Shown here piece after piece: positions 46,832 through 57,780 of a DNA stretch of 64,000 bases. The stretch is from NCBI GenBank assembly GCA_963665235.2, contig CAXXLX010000001.1:3424001-3488000 (forward strand), given 5' to 3'. Under the pieces are notes generated by a model. The model saw nothing but the letters and a program-made list of their open reading frames with translations, searched no databases and was not told the origin of the DNA. The stretch comes from Candidatus Poribacteria bacterium. Lineage in GTDB: Bacteria > Poribacteria > WGA-4E > WGA-3G. How positions within the stretch are numbered: the first letter of the stretch is position 1; every line of letters starts with the position of its first letter. Position numbers and translations under genes: made by a program.

Positions 46832-47359
46832 CTATGCCTTTTCGAACTCGAGCTTCGCGAAACGGAGGAAAATACCGCCGCCCGGTCTGCCAAAAGGCCC
46901 ATTGACAGCTAAGCATGCAATAACATGTTTTGCCCCGGGCTCAGCGCTCTCTGTGACAACGACACGTTGCGGTGCATTGAAGCCGGATGCAGCTCCACGA
47001 CCTGACTTTCCGAAAGCGAGGTCAATTTCGCCATCGACCCACACTTCACCGTAGTCGTCAATACATGTATGAAACCATACCTGTGAACCGGCAATCGAAA
47101 CGCCATCGACCTCTTCAGGAAGCGTAACAGTAATCCGATACCAACCGAAGCACAAACCTGTTAAGACGACTTCCTGGATATTCTCACAAACATCCCAGCC
47201 TGAATCGTCATAATCAGCGAGGCGTGCGGGTGTGTCTGGCCGCCTGTCGACCAATCCGCCGTTCGGTTCGCCTGGGACCAGCCCATCCGCATAACGCCAT
47301 TGGGCATCTGTTAGTTCAAGGTGTTCAGCATTTTCTAAATCAAGTGTTGCAATAATCAT
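46832..47359 (-). CDS. Hypothetical protein, galactose-binding/GH2-N-like domain
   Basis: YDDSGW, GWYR..VTLP, IDDYGEVWVDG. Confidence 0.7.
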   Translation of the reverse strand: MIIATLDLENAEHLELTDAQWRYADGLVPGEPNGGLVDRRPDTPARLADYDDSGWDVCENIQEVVLTGLCFGWYRITVTLPEEVDGVSIAGSQVWFHTCIDDYGEVWVDGEIDLAFGKSGRGAASGFNAPQRVVVTESAEPGAKHVIACLAVNGPFGRPGGGIFLRFAKLEFEKA

Positions 47360-47377
47360 GTGCTATCCTTTCTTAGT

Positions 47378-48559
47378 TTAAGTTTGGTTGTGCCAAAGTT
47401 TATAGGCAATACCTGTTGAAAAAATCAGGAAAATTCCTGCGACAATAAATGGAACCTGAGCAGAGATGTTAAGCAGAAGACCCCCTGCGACATAACCGAG
47501 GAAAAATCCGGTGCTCCAGGCCAGATGGACGAGTCCGACCCCGTGTCCCTTTTCGTGAGGTTCGGTGAATTCATTGATAAACCGCGGGATAGTTGTTGAA
47601 AGTGCCCATGCTGCCCCTGTCCCGAGTATGCCGAAAACCTCCAGTGCTACTAACGAGTCGTGAAAAAATGCCACGCCAAAGGCAAGAAGTGTAACGATTG
47701 TACTGGCAACCAAAGCGGGGGTGCGATGCCCAACACGGTCGCAAATTCTTCCGACTACAAGTTGGCACCCGCAAGCGAACAGTAGACTCATTGCACCGTA
47801 ATAGCCTGTCGCTTTTACACCGGCAAGGCGTGCAACTAAAATAGGCATGAGCAGATTCACGGAGCCCCAATAGTAGGTTGGGAACACGCGTAAACCGATT
47901 AGCAGCCGCATCTCCCGCCGCCGACTCAAGCTTAGATATGCCCCAATATTAAGGATCGATTTCCATAGTCCCTCACGTTTCTGTCGGTCTTTGGTGGTGT
48001 GTTGTTGTGCCAGCCGCGGCAAAAGGAGGCACGCTGCTAAAAATAGCACGCTAGCCCCGAAAACGGCACCACTCCCGAAAACCTTGTAATTGCTACGGGC
48101 GATAACTTCACCCGCAATAGCATTTCCGACTGCACTTCCGACAGTACTGCTGATAAAATAGAGCCCTGTTGCCCACCCCAACCGGTCCGACGGCACCACA
48201 CGGATGAGATACGATTGTCCACCGGCAGTTTTAAAACCGGAGGCGAGCCCCTGATAGCAGAGAATCCCCCATAAGAACAGCGGCATCGTTGTCGTGAAGA
48301 GCCCACCTATCACTATCGCGCCGGTCATGCCGATAAGCAGGGTCAGTTTCTGCCCGAACCGGTCGCTGAGCGTACCGCCAATCAGGGCAGAGATGCCGCC
48401 AAGTCCGATAGGCAGAGCACGCAAGATTGCCGCAAAAAACGGTTTTTTTCTTAAAACCTCCTCAGTATACACCGGAAAAAACGTCTGTAGTACTGGGCTC
48501 GTTATCAAACCGACAACAAACACGATGAGGCAAAGGAATATGAAACCTCGAGTCCACAT
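47378..48559 (-). CDS. MFS transporter
   Basis: About 12 hydrophobic segments; GTLSDRFGQK and GRICDRVGHR motif A. Confidence 0.88.
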   Translation of the reverse strand: MWTRGFIFLCLIVFVVGLITSPVLQTFFPVYTEEVLRKKPFFAAILRALPIGLGGISALIGGTLSDRFGQKLTLLIGMTGAIVIGGLFTTTMPLFLWGILCYQGLASGFKTAGGQSYLIRVVPSDRLGWATGLYFISSTVGSAVGNAIAGEVIARSNYKVFGSGAVFGASVLFLAACLLLPRLAQQHTTKDRQKREGLWKSILNIGAYLSLSRRREMRLLIGLRVFPTYYWGSVNLLMPILVARLAGVKATGYYGAMSLLFACGCQLVVGRICDRVGHRTPALVASTIVTLLAFGVAFFHDSLVALEVFGILGTGAAWALSTTIPRFINEFTEPHEKGHGVGLVHLAWSTGFFLGYVAGGLLLNISAQVPFIVAGIFLIFSTGIAYKLWHNQT

Positions 48560-48563
48560 AAGC

Positions 48564-50234
48564 TCACGCCGCGTCAGTAGGACATTTTTCTGAAAACCTA
48601 TCTGGAAAATACCGCATCAAGCTGTCAGTAATATTCGGGGCGGCGGTACCGAGCCCACACGCGCTTGTTGCCTTCATGACTCCCCCAATCTCTGAAATCA
48701 GCTCCTGTGATTTCGATGACAACGGGGCAGACAAAAGCTCTGTAAGCCGATATGTTCCGATACGACACGGAAAACATTTTCCGCAGGATTCCTCAGCGAA
48801 AAATTCCATTGCGTTGTGTGCAACATCCAGCATATCCCGCGTGTTATCAAACACCATAATACCGCCCGCGCCGAGCATCGCGCCGACCTTTTGAAAACTC
48901 TGTTCATCAATTGCAATGTCCAAGTCAGATTCACCGATAAACCCGCCTGACAATCCCGCCGATGTAATGGCTTGGATTGTGTGTCCCGCCTTAGGTCCGC
49001 CTGCCCATTCGTAGAGGAGCGTCTTCAATGGAAGTCCAAACGGCACTTCGTAATTTCCCGGGCGTTGGACATCGCCAGAAAGACTGATAATCTTTGTGCC
49101 GGATAGGTTTGCATCGTAGCTCAGGTCTTGATACCACCTAGCTCCGTGTCGCAAAATCTGTGTAGCAGCGGCGAGCGTCTCCACGTTGTTTACGACAGTC
49201 GGGAGGTTTTCAAAACCGTGCGTCACAGGGTATGGGGGTCGATTTCTTGGAAACGGGTGTTTTCCTTCAAGGCTGTTCAACAATGCCCCCTCTTCACCGC
49301 AGACGTAGGCACCTGCCCCGCGGCGGATGTCCAGACGAAAATGAAACTGTTCACCGAGGATAGTCTCGCCGATTAACCCTGCTGCTTCCGCTTCCGCGAG
49401 TGCACGTTCAAGCGTTTTAAGCGTTTCTGGATATTCATATCGAAGATAGATAAACCCGCGCGTCGCGCCAGTTGCGTAGGCAGCAAGTGTCATGCCTTCT
49501 ATAACAACGTGTGGGTCATAATCGAGAATAACCCGGTCTTTGAAACAGCCCGGTTCACCTTCATCAGCGTTGCAGACGATTGTTTTCGGTTCGCCGGGGG
49601 CATTCAGTACAGCGTCCCATTTCGCGCCTGTTGGAAATCCCGCGCCGCCTCTGCCAGATAGTTGACTCTCCTTAAGGATGTCAATTACATCTTGTGGGGT
49701 GAGTTCTGTTATTGCATGCGTCAATGCTTGATAACCACCCGTGCGTCTGTAGCCTGTGAACGTGTTGTGTTCAGGTTCACGAATTTCGGCGAAGATACAC
49801 TCTTCGCTATCGCCTGGGTGTGGTGGTGGCAAGGGTGTGGGATGCACTGCAAGGGTATCCACCCGTTTTCCTGTGAGGACTTGATGTCCTTTGAGAACAG
49901 GCACGCAGTCGTCACATCTGCCAGCACACGGCATCGGTGTCGCGCCTTCGCTTTTCTGAAGGGCATCAAGGATTTCTAACCCCCCGTTTAATCGGCAGAC
50001 AGGCCCGGTACAGACGCGCGGTGCGTTCTGTCCTGAGGAAGCCTCCCGGGAAAAATGGTGGTAAAACGTTAATGTACCGAAGAGCTCCGCGAGCGGAATC
50101 CGAAATCCTACTGCAATGTCCCGAAGTGCTGCCTCAGAGATGAAACCATCCCGGTCGTGAAATGCGTGTAACACGCTGAGGAGGGGGGCAGGCGCGTTAC
50201 GCCAGTTTGCTATGAGTTCAGCATTTGTTGGCAT
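48564..50234 (-). CDS. NuoE-NuoF (HoxF/FdsGB-like) fusion flavo-Fe-S oxidoreductase
   Basis: TFYHHF...CTGPVC...CAGRCD (2Fe-2S); GRGGAGFPTG, CNADEGEPG, GAGAYVCGEE, ESCGKCFPCR...SACGLG. Confidence 0.88.
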   Translation of the reverse strand: MPTNAELIANWRNAPAPLLSVLHAFHDRDGFISEAALRDIAVGFRIPLAELFGTLTFYHHFSREASSGQNAPRVCTGPVCRLNGGLEILDALQKSEGATPMPCAGRCDDCVPVLKGHQVLTGKRVDTLAVHPTPLPPPHPGDSEECIFAEIREPEHNTFTGYRRTGGYQALTHAITELTPQDVIDILKESQLSGRGGAGFPTGAKWDAVLNAPGEPKTIVCNADEGEPGCFKDRVILDYDPHVVIEGMTLAAYATGATRGFIYLRYEYPETLKTLERALAEAEAAGLIGETILGEQFHFRLDIRRGAGAYVCGEEGALLNSLEGKHPFPRNRPPYPVTHGFENLPTVVNNVETLAAATQILRHGARWYQDLSYDANLSGTKIISLSGDVQRPGNYEVPFGLPLKTLLYEWAGGPKAGHTIQAITSAGLSGGFIGESDLDIAIDEQSFQKVGAMLGAGGIMVFDNTRDMLDVAHNAMEFFAEESCGKCFPCRIGTYRLTELLSAPLSSKSQELISEIGGVMKATSACGLGTAAPNITDSLMRYFPDRFSEKCPTDAA

Positions 50235-50443
50235 CTATTTCTCCACTGTTATTTGGAAATTACGCGTGAACAATCTACTAGAAAATTGCGTTCACTAATT
50301 AGGGTATCAGATTTGCGAATTATAGTCAACATTTTTTCTGGAAAGCTAGAATAAACATCCATCCCAAATTCACGTCAAAATAGAAATATCCATTTTTGAT
50401 TGCAGCACGACGGTCAGGTTAACTGCCGGAAAGGAAGTTCACA

Positions 50444-52207
50444 ATTCGCAGTCTATTCGGTCTCAAAAAATATGTCATTCGGTATCGGTATGCCATCATA
50501 TTCAGCTTTATCCTCGTAGTTTTGACAAATGGACTTCTACTGATTAGTCCAAAGATTCTACAAACGGTATTTGATGAATTGGAGCAGGCCTTTGGTGACC
50601 CGGACCTCACGGTGTCTGAGGGACGCATCCTGTTTTTCGCTCTGCTGATTTTTGGAGTTGCGCTTCTGGGTGGAATTCTGCGTTTCTTGCAACGCCGGAT
50701 TATCCAGGGGGTTGCACGCCAGATGGAATTTCACCTCCGCGCTGACTTTTTTCTTCATCTCCAGAAACTCTCCGCTGCCTATTACGATAACGTGCGGACT
50801 GGCGATTTAATGACGCGTGCAACAAGCGATTTGAACGCTATTCGCATGGTGCTGAGCAGTGCAATCATGTACACTGCGGATGCTACCGTGTTTTTCGGGC
50901 TTGCCCTCACAATCATGCTGCGCATTGATGCTACGTTGACGCTCGTCGCTTTGTTACCTTATCCGATTCTTGTATTTGTAATTCGTTTGCTTGGAAAACG
51001 TTTGCATCTTCATTATGAAAATATCCAAGAGGCGTTTTCAATAATGAATACGAAGGTCCAAGAGAATTTATCAGGCGTGCGCGTTGTCAAAGCATATACA
51101 CTTGAGGCGAGTGAGGTTGAGCACTTTGGCGAATTGAACCAGGAGTTTGTCAATCGTAACCATAAACAAATTCGACTGATGACCTTCTTTTTCCCGCTAT
51201 TCCGGTTTTTACCGGGCATCGGGGGGGTTGTGCTTCTCTGGATGGGGGGGCTGCATGTCATTCAAGATAAAATCACGCTTGGGGACTTTGTGGCATTCAA
51301 CGCCTATCTGATGATGCTCGTGCGCCCGATGATTATGCTCGGTTTCATTGTCAACACGTTTGAACGCGGAGCCGCCTCAATGGATAGGATAAATGCAATC
51401 CTGAGTGAAGAACCGGAAATCTATGACGCTGAAGATGTTAAGCGGAGTGTGAGAGATATTGGCGGCGAGATAGAATTTAAAAACCTCAATTTTGCTTACC
51501 ACGATGGCCCCCCTATCTTAAAAAACATCAATCTTAAGATTAAACAGGGCAGGACGCTTGCGATTGTTGGGGGGACAGGTTCGGGCAAATCGACGCTTGT
51601 CACCCTTATTCCACGCATTCGTCAGGCAGCACGCGGCACTATCTTTATTGATGGCATAGATATTCAGGATATTCCCCTGAACGTTCTCCGTTCTCATATC
51701 GGGTTCGTGGAGCAGGAGCCTTTTCTCTTTTCTGACTATTTGCGGAATAACATCGCCTACGGCGTTGGAACGGCTAGCGATGAAGAGGTGAGAGACGCTG
51801 CAGAAACCGCCGATCTGCTCACACAGATTGAGGAATTTCCGGATGGATTGCAAACTTTTCTCGGTGAACGCGGCATGACAATCTCAGGCGGACAACGCCA
51901 ACGCAGCGCACTTGCACGCGCAATTCTGATTAAACCTAAAATTCTTATCCTGGATGACGCGTTCGCGAATGTGGATACGCAAACCGAGGATACAATTCTT
52001 AATCGGCTTGCTGAAATCATGAAGGGACGAACGACTATCCTTATTTCACACCGTATTTCTACTGTCAAAGCTGCCGACCACATTGTCGTTCTCAATGATG
52101 GTAGCATTGTCGAGGAAGGCACACATGAACAGCTGCTTGAAAAGAACGGTATCTACGCCGGCATCTATGAAACACAACTCTTGCAAGAGGAGCTGGAGGA
52201 ACTGTAA
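50444..52207 (+). CDS. ABC exporter, TMD-NBD subunit 1 (probable ATT start)
   Basis: GDLMTRATSD, GGTGSGKST, ISGGQRQR, LDDA; in-frame N-terminal extension to ATT 50444 behind SD AAGGAAG. Confidence 0.88.
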   Translation: MRSLFGLKKYVIRYRYAIIFSFILVVLTNGLLLISPKILQTVFDELEQAFGDPDLTVSEGRILFFALLIFGVALLGGILRFLQRRIIQGVARQMEFHLRADFFLHLQKLSAAYYDNVRTGDLMTRATSDLNAIRMVLSSAIMYTADATVFFGLALTIMLRIDATLTLVALLPYPILVFVIRLLGKRLHLHYENIQEAFSIMNTKVQENLSGVRVVKAYTLEASEVEHFGELNQEFVNRNHKQIRLMTFFFPLFRFLPGIGGVVLLWMGGLHVIQDKITLGDFVAFNAYLMMLVRPMIMLGFIVNTFERGAASMDRINAILSEEPEIYDAEDVKRSVRDIGGEIEFKNLNFAYHDGPPILKNINLKIKQGRTLAIVGGTGSGKSTLVTLIPRIRQAARGTIFIDGIDIQDIPLNVLRSHIGFVEQEPFLFSDYLRNNIAYGVGTASDEEVRDAAETADLLTQIEEFPDGLQTFLGERGMTISGGQRQRSALARAILIKPKILILDDAFANVDTQTEDTILNRLAEIMKGRTTILISHRISTVKAADHIVVLNDGSIVEEGTHEQLLEKNGIYAGIYETQLLQEELEEL

Positions 52208-52222
52208 AGGAGGAGGCTACCT

Positions 52223-54058
52223 ATGTTTGGGATGGGAGACCTATACGAATATAGCGATGAGGAGCAGGACCTCGGTAAAGTCTATGATACGGTTTTGATG
52301 AAACGTCTGCTGGCATACCTCAAACCCTATAAATTTCAGTTGTTCATTATCGGCTTACTCATGGTCGGGAATACACTCTCGCGTTTGGTTGGTCCGTATC
52401 TGATGCAAGTCGCTATCGACCGGCATATTATCCCGGAGGTTTTTGAAGGTTTGGGGACTATCGCGATTTTTCTTGTATTAGGCTTGGCAAGTGAGTTTGT
52501 GTTTAGCTATTTTGAGGAATACCGTATGCAGATGATTGGACAACATGTCATGCGTGATCTTCGGCAAAAACTCTTTGCACATCTACAACGGTTAGATGTC
52601 CAATATTTTGATAAAAATCCGGTCGGCCGGCTGATGACGCGGGTGATGGGGGATGTCCAAGTAATCAATGAGCTTTTTGCTGCTGGTGTGATTACTGTGT
52701 TCGCGAACCTATTGAATATTTTGGGCATTATGGTTGTCATGTTGCTCTACAGTTGGAAGCTTGCGCTTGCAACGTTCACGGTGATACCGATTATCTTCGG
52801 TGCTACGCTTATCTACCAAATCTATTCGCGCCGTGCGTTTCGAGAACAGCGGAAGCAGCTTGCACGAATTAATGCCTTTTTACAGGAAAACATCGTCGGT
52901 ATGACGACAATGAAACTTTTCGCACAAGAGGAGCGGAGTTATCTCCGTTTTAACGAACGGAACCGCAAATATCTCGCTGCGAACCTCCGGAGTATTTTCT
53001 ATTTTTCTATTTTTCACCCCCTGATTGAGGTGACAGCCTCCCTTGCAACAGCCGTGATTATCTGGTATGGCGGTGGACAGATTGTCCAAGGTGCATTGAC
53101 CTTCGGGGTATTGGTGGCGTTTATCCGCTATGCTGAACGTTTTTTCTGGCCGATCCGTGAACTCAGTGAAAAGTATACTATCTTCCAAAACGCGATGGCC
53201 TCCTCCGAGCGTATTTTTCAGTTGCTGGATACGGAACCGGCTATCGTTTCTAAAACGGACGAAGATGGAACGGATAGTCTGAAGGGTGAGATTGAATTCC
53301 GGAACGTCTGGTTTGCTTACAACGATGACGATTATGTTTTACGGGATGTCTCCTTTAAGGTGGAACCGGGTGAGAAGGTTGCCCTTGTTGGACATACCGG
53401 CGCTGGGAAAACGTCAATCATCAACCTGCTTTGCCGTTTCTATGAAATTAACAAGGGACAGATTTTGATTGATGGTGTGGATATACGAGATATGAACTTG
53501 GCGGCGTTGCGGGATGCAATTAGCATTGTACAACAAAACATCTTCCTCTTTTCTGACACAATTGAACGTAATATCAGTTTGGGCAATCCCGCTATCTCGT
53601 CGGAGCAGGTGGCGCGTGCTGCCGAAGATGTCTATTTGGATCGGTTTTTCTGGACCTCCGAACGGGGACTTTCGGAGAAGGCTTCACGGCCTGACATCTA
53701 TAGCACGGAAATTAAAGAGGATGGCGGTGGATTGTCTGTTGGGCAAAAGCAATTGGTCGCCTTTGCGCGTGCCTTAGCGTCCGACCCGAGTATCTTAATC
53801 CTTGATGAGGCGACCTCAAGCGTTGACACCGAGACCGAACTGCTGATTGAAGATGCCTTGAGTCGGCTGATGACTGAGCGGACCTCTGTCGTAATCGCAC
53901 ATCGGCTTTCGACTATCCACAATGCGGATAAGATTATCGTGATGCACCGAGGTGAAATTCGGGAAACAGGCACGCACAATGAATTATTACAGCAGGGTGG
54001 CATCTATTATCGGTTGTATCAGTTGCAGTATAAGGGACAGGAAACGCGGGCGAGTTAA
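52223..54058 (+). CDS. ABC exporter, TMD-NBD subunit 2
   Basis: GRLMTRV, GHTGAGKTS, LSVGQKQL, LDEATSSVD; SD GGAGG. Confidence 0.92.
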   Translation: MFGMGDLYEYSDEEQDLGKVYDTVLMKRLLAYLKPYKFQLFIIGLLMVGNTLSRLVGPYLMQVAIDRHIIPEVFEGLGTIAIFLVLGLASEFVFSYFEEYRMQMIGQHVMRDLRQKLFAHLQRLDVQYFDKNPVGRLMTRVMGDVQVINELFAAGVITVFANLLNILGIMVVMLLYSWKLALATFTVIPIIFGATLIYQIYSRRAFREQRKQLARINAFLQENIVGMTTMKLFAQEERSYLRFNERNRKYLAANLRSIFYFSIFHPLIEVTASLATAVIIWYGGGQIVQGALTFGVLVAFIRYAERFFWPIRELSEKYTIFQNAMASSERIFQLLDTEPAIVSKTDEDGTDSLKGEIEFRNVWFAYNDDDYVLRDVSFKVEPGEKVALVGHTGAGKTSIINLLCRFYEINKGQILIDGVDIRDMNLAALRDAISIVQQNIFLFSDTIERNISLGNPAISSEQVARAAEDVYLDRFFWTSERGLSEKASRPDIYSTEIKEDGGGLSVGQKQLVAFARALASDPSILILDEATSSVDTETELLIEDALSRLMTERTSVVIAHRLSTIHNADKIIVMHRGEIRETGTHNELLQQGGIYYRLYQLQYKGQETRAS

Positions 54059-54234
54059 TTGACTTGGAGTAAAGATATTTTTTCCTTGATTTTTTTCAAA
54101 ATTTTGTATAATAATTATCGATGTCTTCGAATTGTGATGGTGAACTTATAGCAATTGCGGTGCGGTGCGGTGTATTGGGATGGCAAAAACGAAGTAGGTG
54201 AATCTTATAAAAATTTGCCAAGGAGTTTGAAAAA

Positions 54235-55842
54235 ATGAGACGTTTTGGAACATACGGGCCTGTTCGTCCGGAAAAGAACTATGTCGTTAGCCGTTCTGCA
54301 GCACTCGGTGATTTTATTGAACGCATCAAAGAGGGCCGCTATACCGTTATCTTTGCGCCGCGGCAAACTGGTAAAACAACCTTCTTTCAACGCGCACTTG
54401 ATACGCTCAGAAATGATGAATCGACTTACTTCCCAATTTCGTTGAATTTTGAGGAATATGGGGACTGTAAACCGGAGATTTTTTACAACGCTCTCTCCCT
54501 AGATATATCTGAAGAGATTGAAAACGTTTTTGAAAGACGCGGGCATGCACTTTCCGAATCGGTACGTCTATTTTTGGAGAATACCGAAATAACCGACCAT
54601 CTCTCAATGCGAAGATTTTTCAGAGCACTTCAAGGTTGTTTAAATGCTGAATGTGCCGGGCAGCGAGTTATTGTAGTCATAGATGAATTTGATGGCATTC
54701 CGAAAAAGGCAGTGACAGGTTTTCTTCATTCACTTCGTCGAATCTATGTTTCAAATTCTACGCTTAAATGCCCACATAGTGTCAGCCTAGTAGGGGTTAA
54801 GAGTATCACACAACTCGACTACGACCGGTCAATCTCACCGTTTAATATCCAAGATGAGTTTCACCTGTCCAATTTTACGCTTGAACAGGTGAGCGAACTG
54901 CTATCACAATATACTGCTGAGGTGGGACAAGTCTTTGCGCCAGAGGTCATTGAAAACCTACACAAACAGACTGCTGGTCATCCGTTCTTAGTTAATCGCT
55001 TTGCACAGATTCTTACAGAAGAGCTAGACATACCGAAGACTGTGCCGGTGACGATGCCGCATTTCGCCCGGGCGTATGCACAGATGCTCAACGACCGGAA
55101 TACTAATATTTCACATCTACTTACCAATATCCGAAGAGATCGCCGCTTCGAAAGCTTCCTTATGCGGATTGCATCTTACGAAATAGGTATACCCTTCAGT
55201 TTGGAAGATGACATCATGAATGAGCTTGCAACTTATGGGGTTATCGCGGAAGGTCCCGATGGCATGTGTAGGATTGTCAACCCGATTTATCAGCATCGCA
55301 TCTTACGGACCTTTAAACCGTTGTTTAACGGTCTGGAGGGTGAATATTTTCCTGAAGATATGGACGTGGGGCTGACTGATTACCTCACGCCTGCCGGCGG
55401 GATTGAGATGGAGGCTCTCCTTGATAATTTTCAATCGTTCATTACTCGCGCAGGTTTCCGCATCCTACAGGTCCCGGATACACCGCAAGAATACGTAGGG
55501 CAGCACCTCCTTTATGCCTATTTGGATCAGTTCGTTCACGTCGTTGGGGCGAATATGTTTCTTGAAGCCCAAACTGGTCGGGGCAGGATGGACCTGCTCA
55601 TCGTCCGTAATCAGCAAAAACATATTGTTGAAACAAAGATATGGGAAGGTGAGCGGTATTATCAGGCGGGCAAGCAGCAACTGGCGGCGTATCTGAAATC
55701 GGAGGGTGTCGGGGAAGGCTACTATATTGTGTTCGATCATCGGTTGACTCCAGAGGCACGGGTGGAGACAGAGACAGTGAACGGTATGACGATTCGGAGT
55801 TATGTCATTCCTGTAGTGCAAGAAGTCCCCTCAGCCGTTTAG
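54235..55842 (+). CDS. AAA-like ATPase with C-terminal PD-(D/E)XK nuclease-like domain (copy 1)
   Basis: APRQTGKTT, VIDEFD, SPFNI; GRMDLL...IVETK...QLAAYL. Confidence 0.85.
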   Translation: MRRFGTYGPVRPEKNYVVSRSAALGDFIERIKEGRYTVIFAPRQTGKTTFFQRALDTLRNDESTYFPISLNFEEYGDCKPEIFYNALSLDISEEIENVFERRGHALSESVRLFLENTEITDHLSMRRFFRALQGCLNAECAGQRVIVVIDEFDGIPKKAVTGFLHSLRRIYVSNSTLKCPHSVSLVGVKSITQLDYDRSISPFNIQDEFHLSNFTLEQVSELLSQYTAEVGQVFAPEVIENLHKQTAGHPFLVNRFAQILTEELDIPKTVPVTMPHFARAYAQMLNDRNTNISHLLTNIRRDRRFESFLMRIASYEIGIPFSLEDDIMNELATYGVIAEGPDGMCRIVNPIYQHRILRTFKPLFNGLEGEYFPEDMDVGLTDYLTPAGGIEMEALLDNFQSFITRAGFRILQVPDTPQEYVGQHLLYAYLDQFVHVVGANMFLEAQTGRGRMDLLIVRNQQKHIVETKIWEGERYYQAGKQQLAAYLKSEGVGEGYYIVFDHRLTPEARVETETVNGMTIRSYVIPVVQEVPSAV

Positions 55843-56159
55843 TGGAAGTGTGGAAGAATGGAAGGGTAGATTTCGCGTGTGTTGTCTGAATGCACGTTGC
55901 ATTTGGGCGAGTACGCCCCAAATCGCGGATTTATCGCGGAGGACGTGGAAAGTTATTTTTGTCAGAATCGCGGAAGGCGCGGAGAACAAGGGAGACCTAG
56001 CAGGCGAGGGGACCTCCCTCCTACGAAGCTACGTGCTAAATTTGTGTAAGTCCTGGTATAATAATTATCGATGTCTTCGAATTGTGGCGGTGCGGTGTAT
56101 TGGGATGGCAAAAACGAAGTAGGTGAATCTTATAAAAATTTGCCAAGGAGTTTGAAAAA

Positions 56160-57752
56160 ATGAGACGTTTTGGAACACAAGGGCGTGTGCGTCCTGAGCA
56201 GCACTACGTTGTCTCCCGGACAGAGCAGGTCGCTGATTTCATTAATAGGATTAAATTGGGCAAATACATCGTTCTCTTTGCACCACGGCAGACCGGCAAA
56301 ACGACCTTCTTCCGACTGGCACTATCCGTACTCGCCGCAGAAGCCCCTGATATCTTCCCAATCCTATTGAACTTTGAAGAGTATAAAGACTACCCCCCCA
56401 CTGAATTTTACAGCAATCTCTATGAAGATATTCGTGAGGAGATAGAAAACGTTTTTCAAAAACTTGGACAAGTTCCCGCCAAGGCACTAAACCGATTTTT
56501 AGAGAACACAAAACTGACCGATCATGTCTCCATGAGAAGATTTTTTATCCAGCTCGCGCGTCTCTTAGAAAACCGGCGGGTTGTCGTTATCATCGACGAG
56601 TTTGATGGCATTCCTCAAGCTGCTGTGGGGAATTTTCTGCATTCGCTCCGACATATCTATCTGTCTGATGCACCTCTATGCCCACATAGTGTTAGCCTGG
56701 TCGGGGTTAAGAGTATAACACAACTTGACTACGACCGGTCAATCTCACCGTTCAATATCCAAGATGAGTTCCGATTGCACAACTTCACACTTGAACAGGT
56801 GAGCGAACTCCTATCACAATATACTGCTGAGGTAGGACAAGTCTTTGCGACAGAGGTCATTGAAAACCTACACAAACAGACTGCTGGGCAACCCTTCTTA
56901 GTTAATCGCTTTGCACAGATTCTTACAGAAGAGCTAGACATACCGAAGACTGTGCCGGTGACGATGCCGCATTTCGTCCGGGCGTATGCACGGATGCTCA
57001 ACGACCCGAATACGAATATTTCGCATCTACTTACCAATATCCGCAGGGATCGCCGCTTCGAAAGCTTCCTTATGCAGATTGCATCTTACGAAATAGGTAT
57101 ACCCTTCAGTTTGGAAGATGACATCATGAATGAGCTTGCAACTTATGGGGTTATCGCGGAAGGTCCCGATGGCATGTGTAGGATTGTCAACCCGATTTAT
57201 CAGCATCGCATCTTACGAACCTTTAAACCGTTGTTTAACGGCTTGGAGGGTGAATATTTTCCTGAAGATATAGAGGTGGGGCTCACTGATTACCTCACGC
57301 CTGCTGGTGGGATTGAGATGGAGGCTCTCCTTGATAATTTCCAAGCATTCATTACTCGCGCAGGTTTCCGTATCCTACAGGTCCCGGATACACCGCAAGA
57401 ATACGTAGGGCAGCACCTCCTTTATGCCTATTTGGACCAGTTTGTCCACGTCGTTGGGGCGAATATGTTTCTTGAGGTCCAAACTGGTCGGGGCAGGATG
57501 GACCTGCTCATCGTCCGTAATCAGCAAAAATATATTGTTGAAACAAAGATATGGGAAGGTGAGCGGTATTATCAGGCAGGTAAGCGGCAACTGGCGGCGT
57601 ATCTGAAATCGGAGGGTGTCGGGGAAGGCTACTATATTGTGTTCGATCATCGGTTGACTCCAGAGGCACGGGTAGAAACAGAGACAGTGAACGGTGTGAC
57701 GATTCAGAGTTATGTCATTCCTGTAGTGCAGGAACCCCCCTCAGCCGTTTAA
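56160..57752 (+). CDS. AAA-like ATPase with C-terminal PD-(D/E)XK nuclease-like domain (copy 2)
   Basis: Tandem paralog of 54235 with the same leader and a near-identical 3' two-thirds. Confidence 0.85.
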   Translation: MRRFGTQGRVRPEQHYVVSRTEQVADFINRIKLGKYIVLFAPRQTGKTTFFRLALSVLAAEAPDIFPILLNFEEYKDYPPTEFYSNLYEDIREEIENVFQKLGQVPAKALNRFLENTKLTDHVSMRRFFIQLARLLENRRVVVIIDEFDGIPQAAVGNFLHSLRHIYLSDAPLCPHSVSLVGVKSITQLDYDRSISPFNIQDEFRLHNFTLEQVSELLSQYTAEVGQVFATEVIENLHKQTAGQPFLVNRFAQILTEELDIPKTVPVTMPHFVRAYARMLNDPNTNISHLLTNIRRDRRFESFLMQIASYEIGIPFSLEDDIMNELATYGVIAEGPDGMCRIVNPIYQHRILRTFKPLFNGLEGEYFPEDIEVGLTDYLTPAGGIEMEALLDNFQAFITRAGFRILQVPDTPQEYVGQHLLYAYLDQFVHVVGANMFLEVQTGRGRMDLLIVRNQQKYIVETKIWEGERYYQAGKRQLAAYLKSEGVGEGYYIVFDHRLTPEARVETETVNGVTIQSYVIPVVQEPPSAV

Positions 57753-57780
57753 TGGATTAAGTTGGGCACGCTCGGTTGTG

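Noticed and set aside
54170-54234. c-di-GMP (GEMM) riboswitch suggested by GGCAAA
   Set aside because: The GNRA/receptor second stem and other consensus elements are missing.
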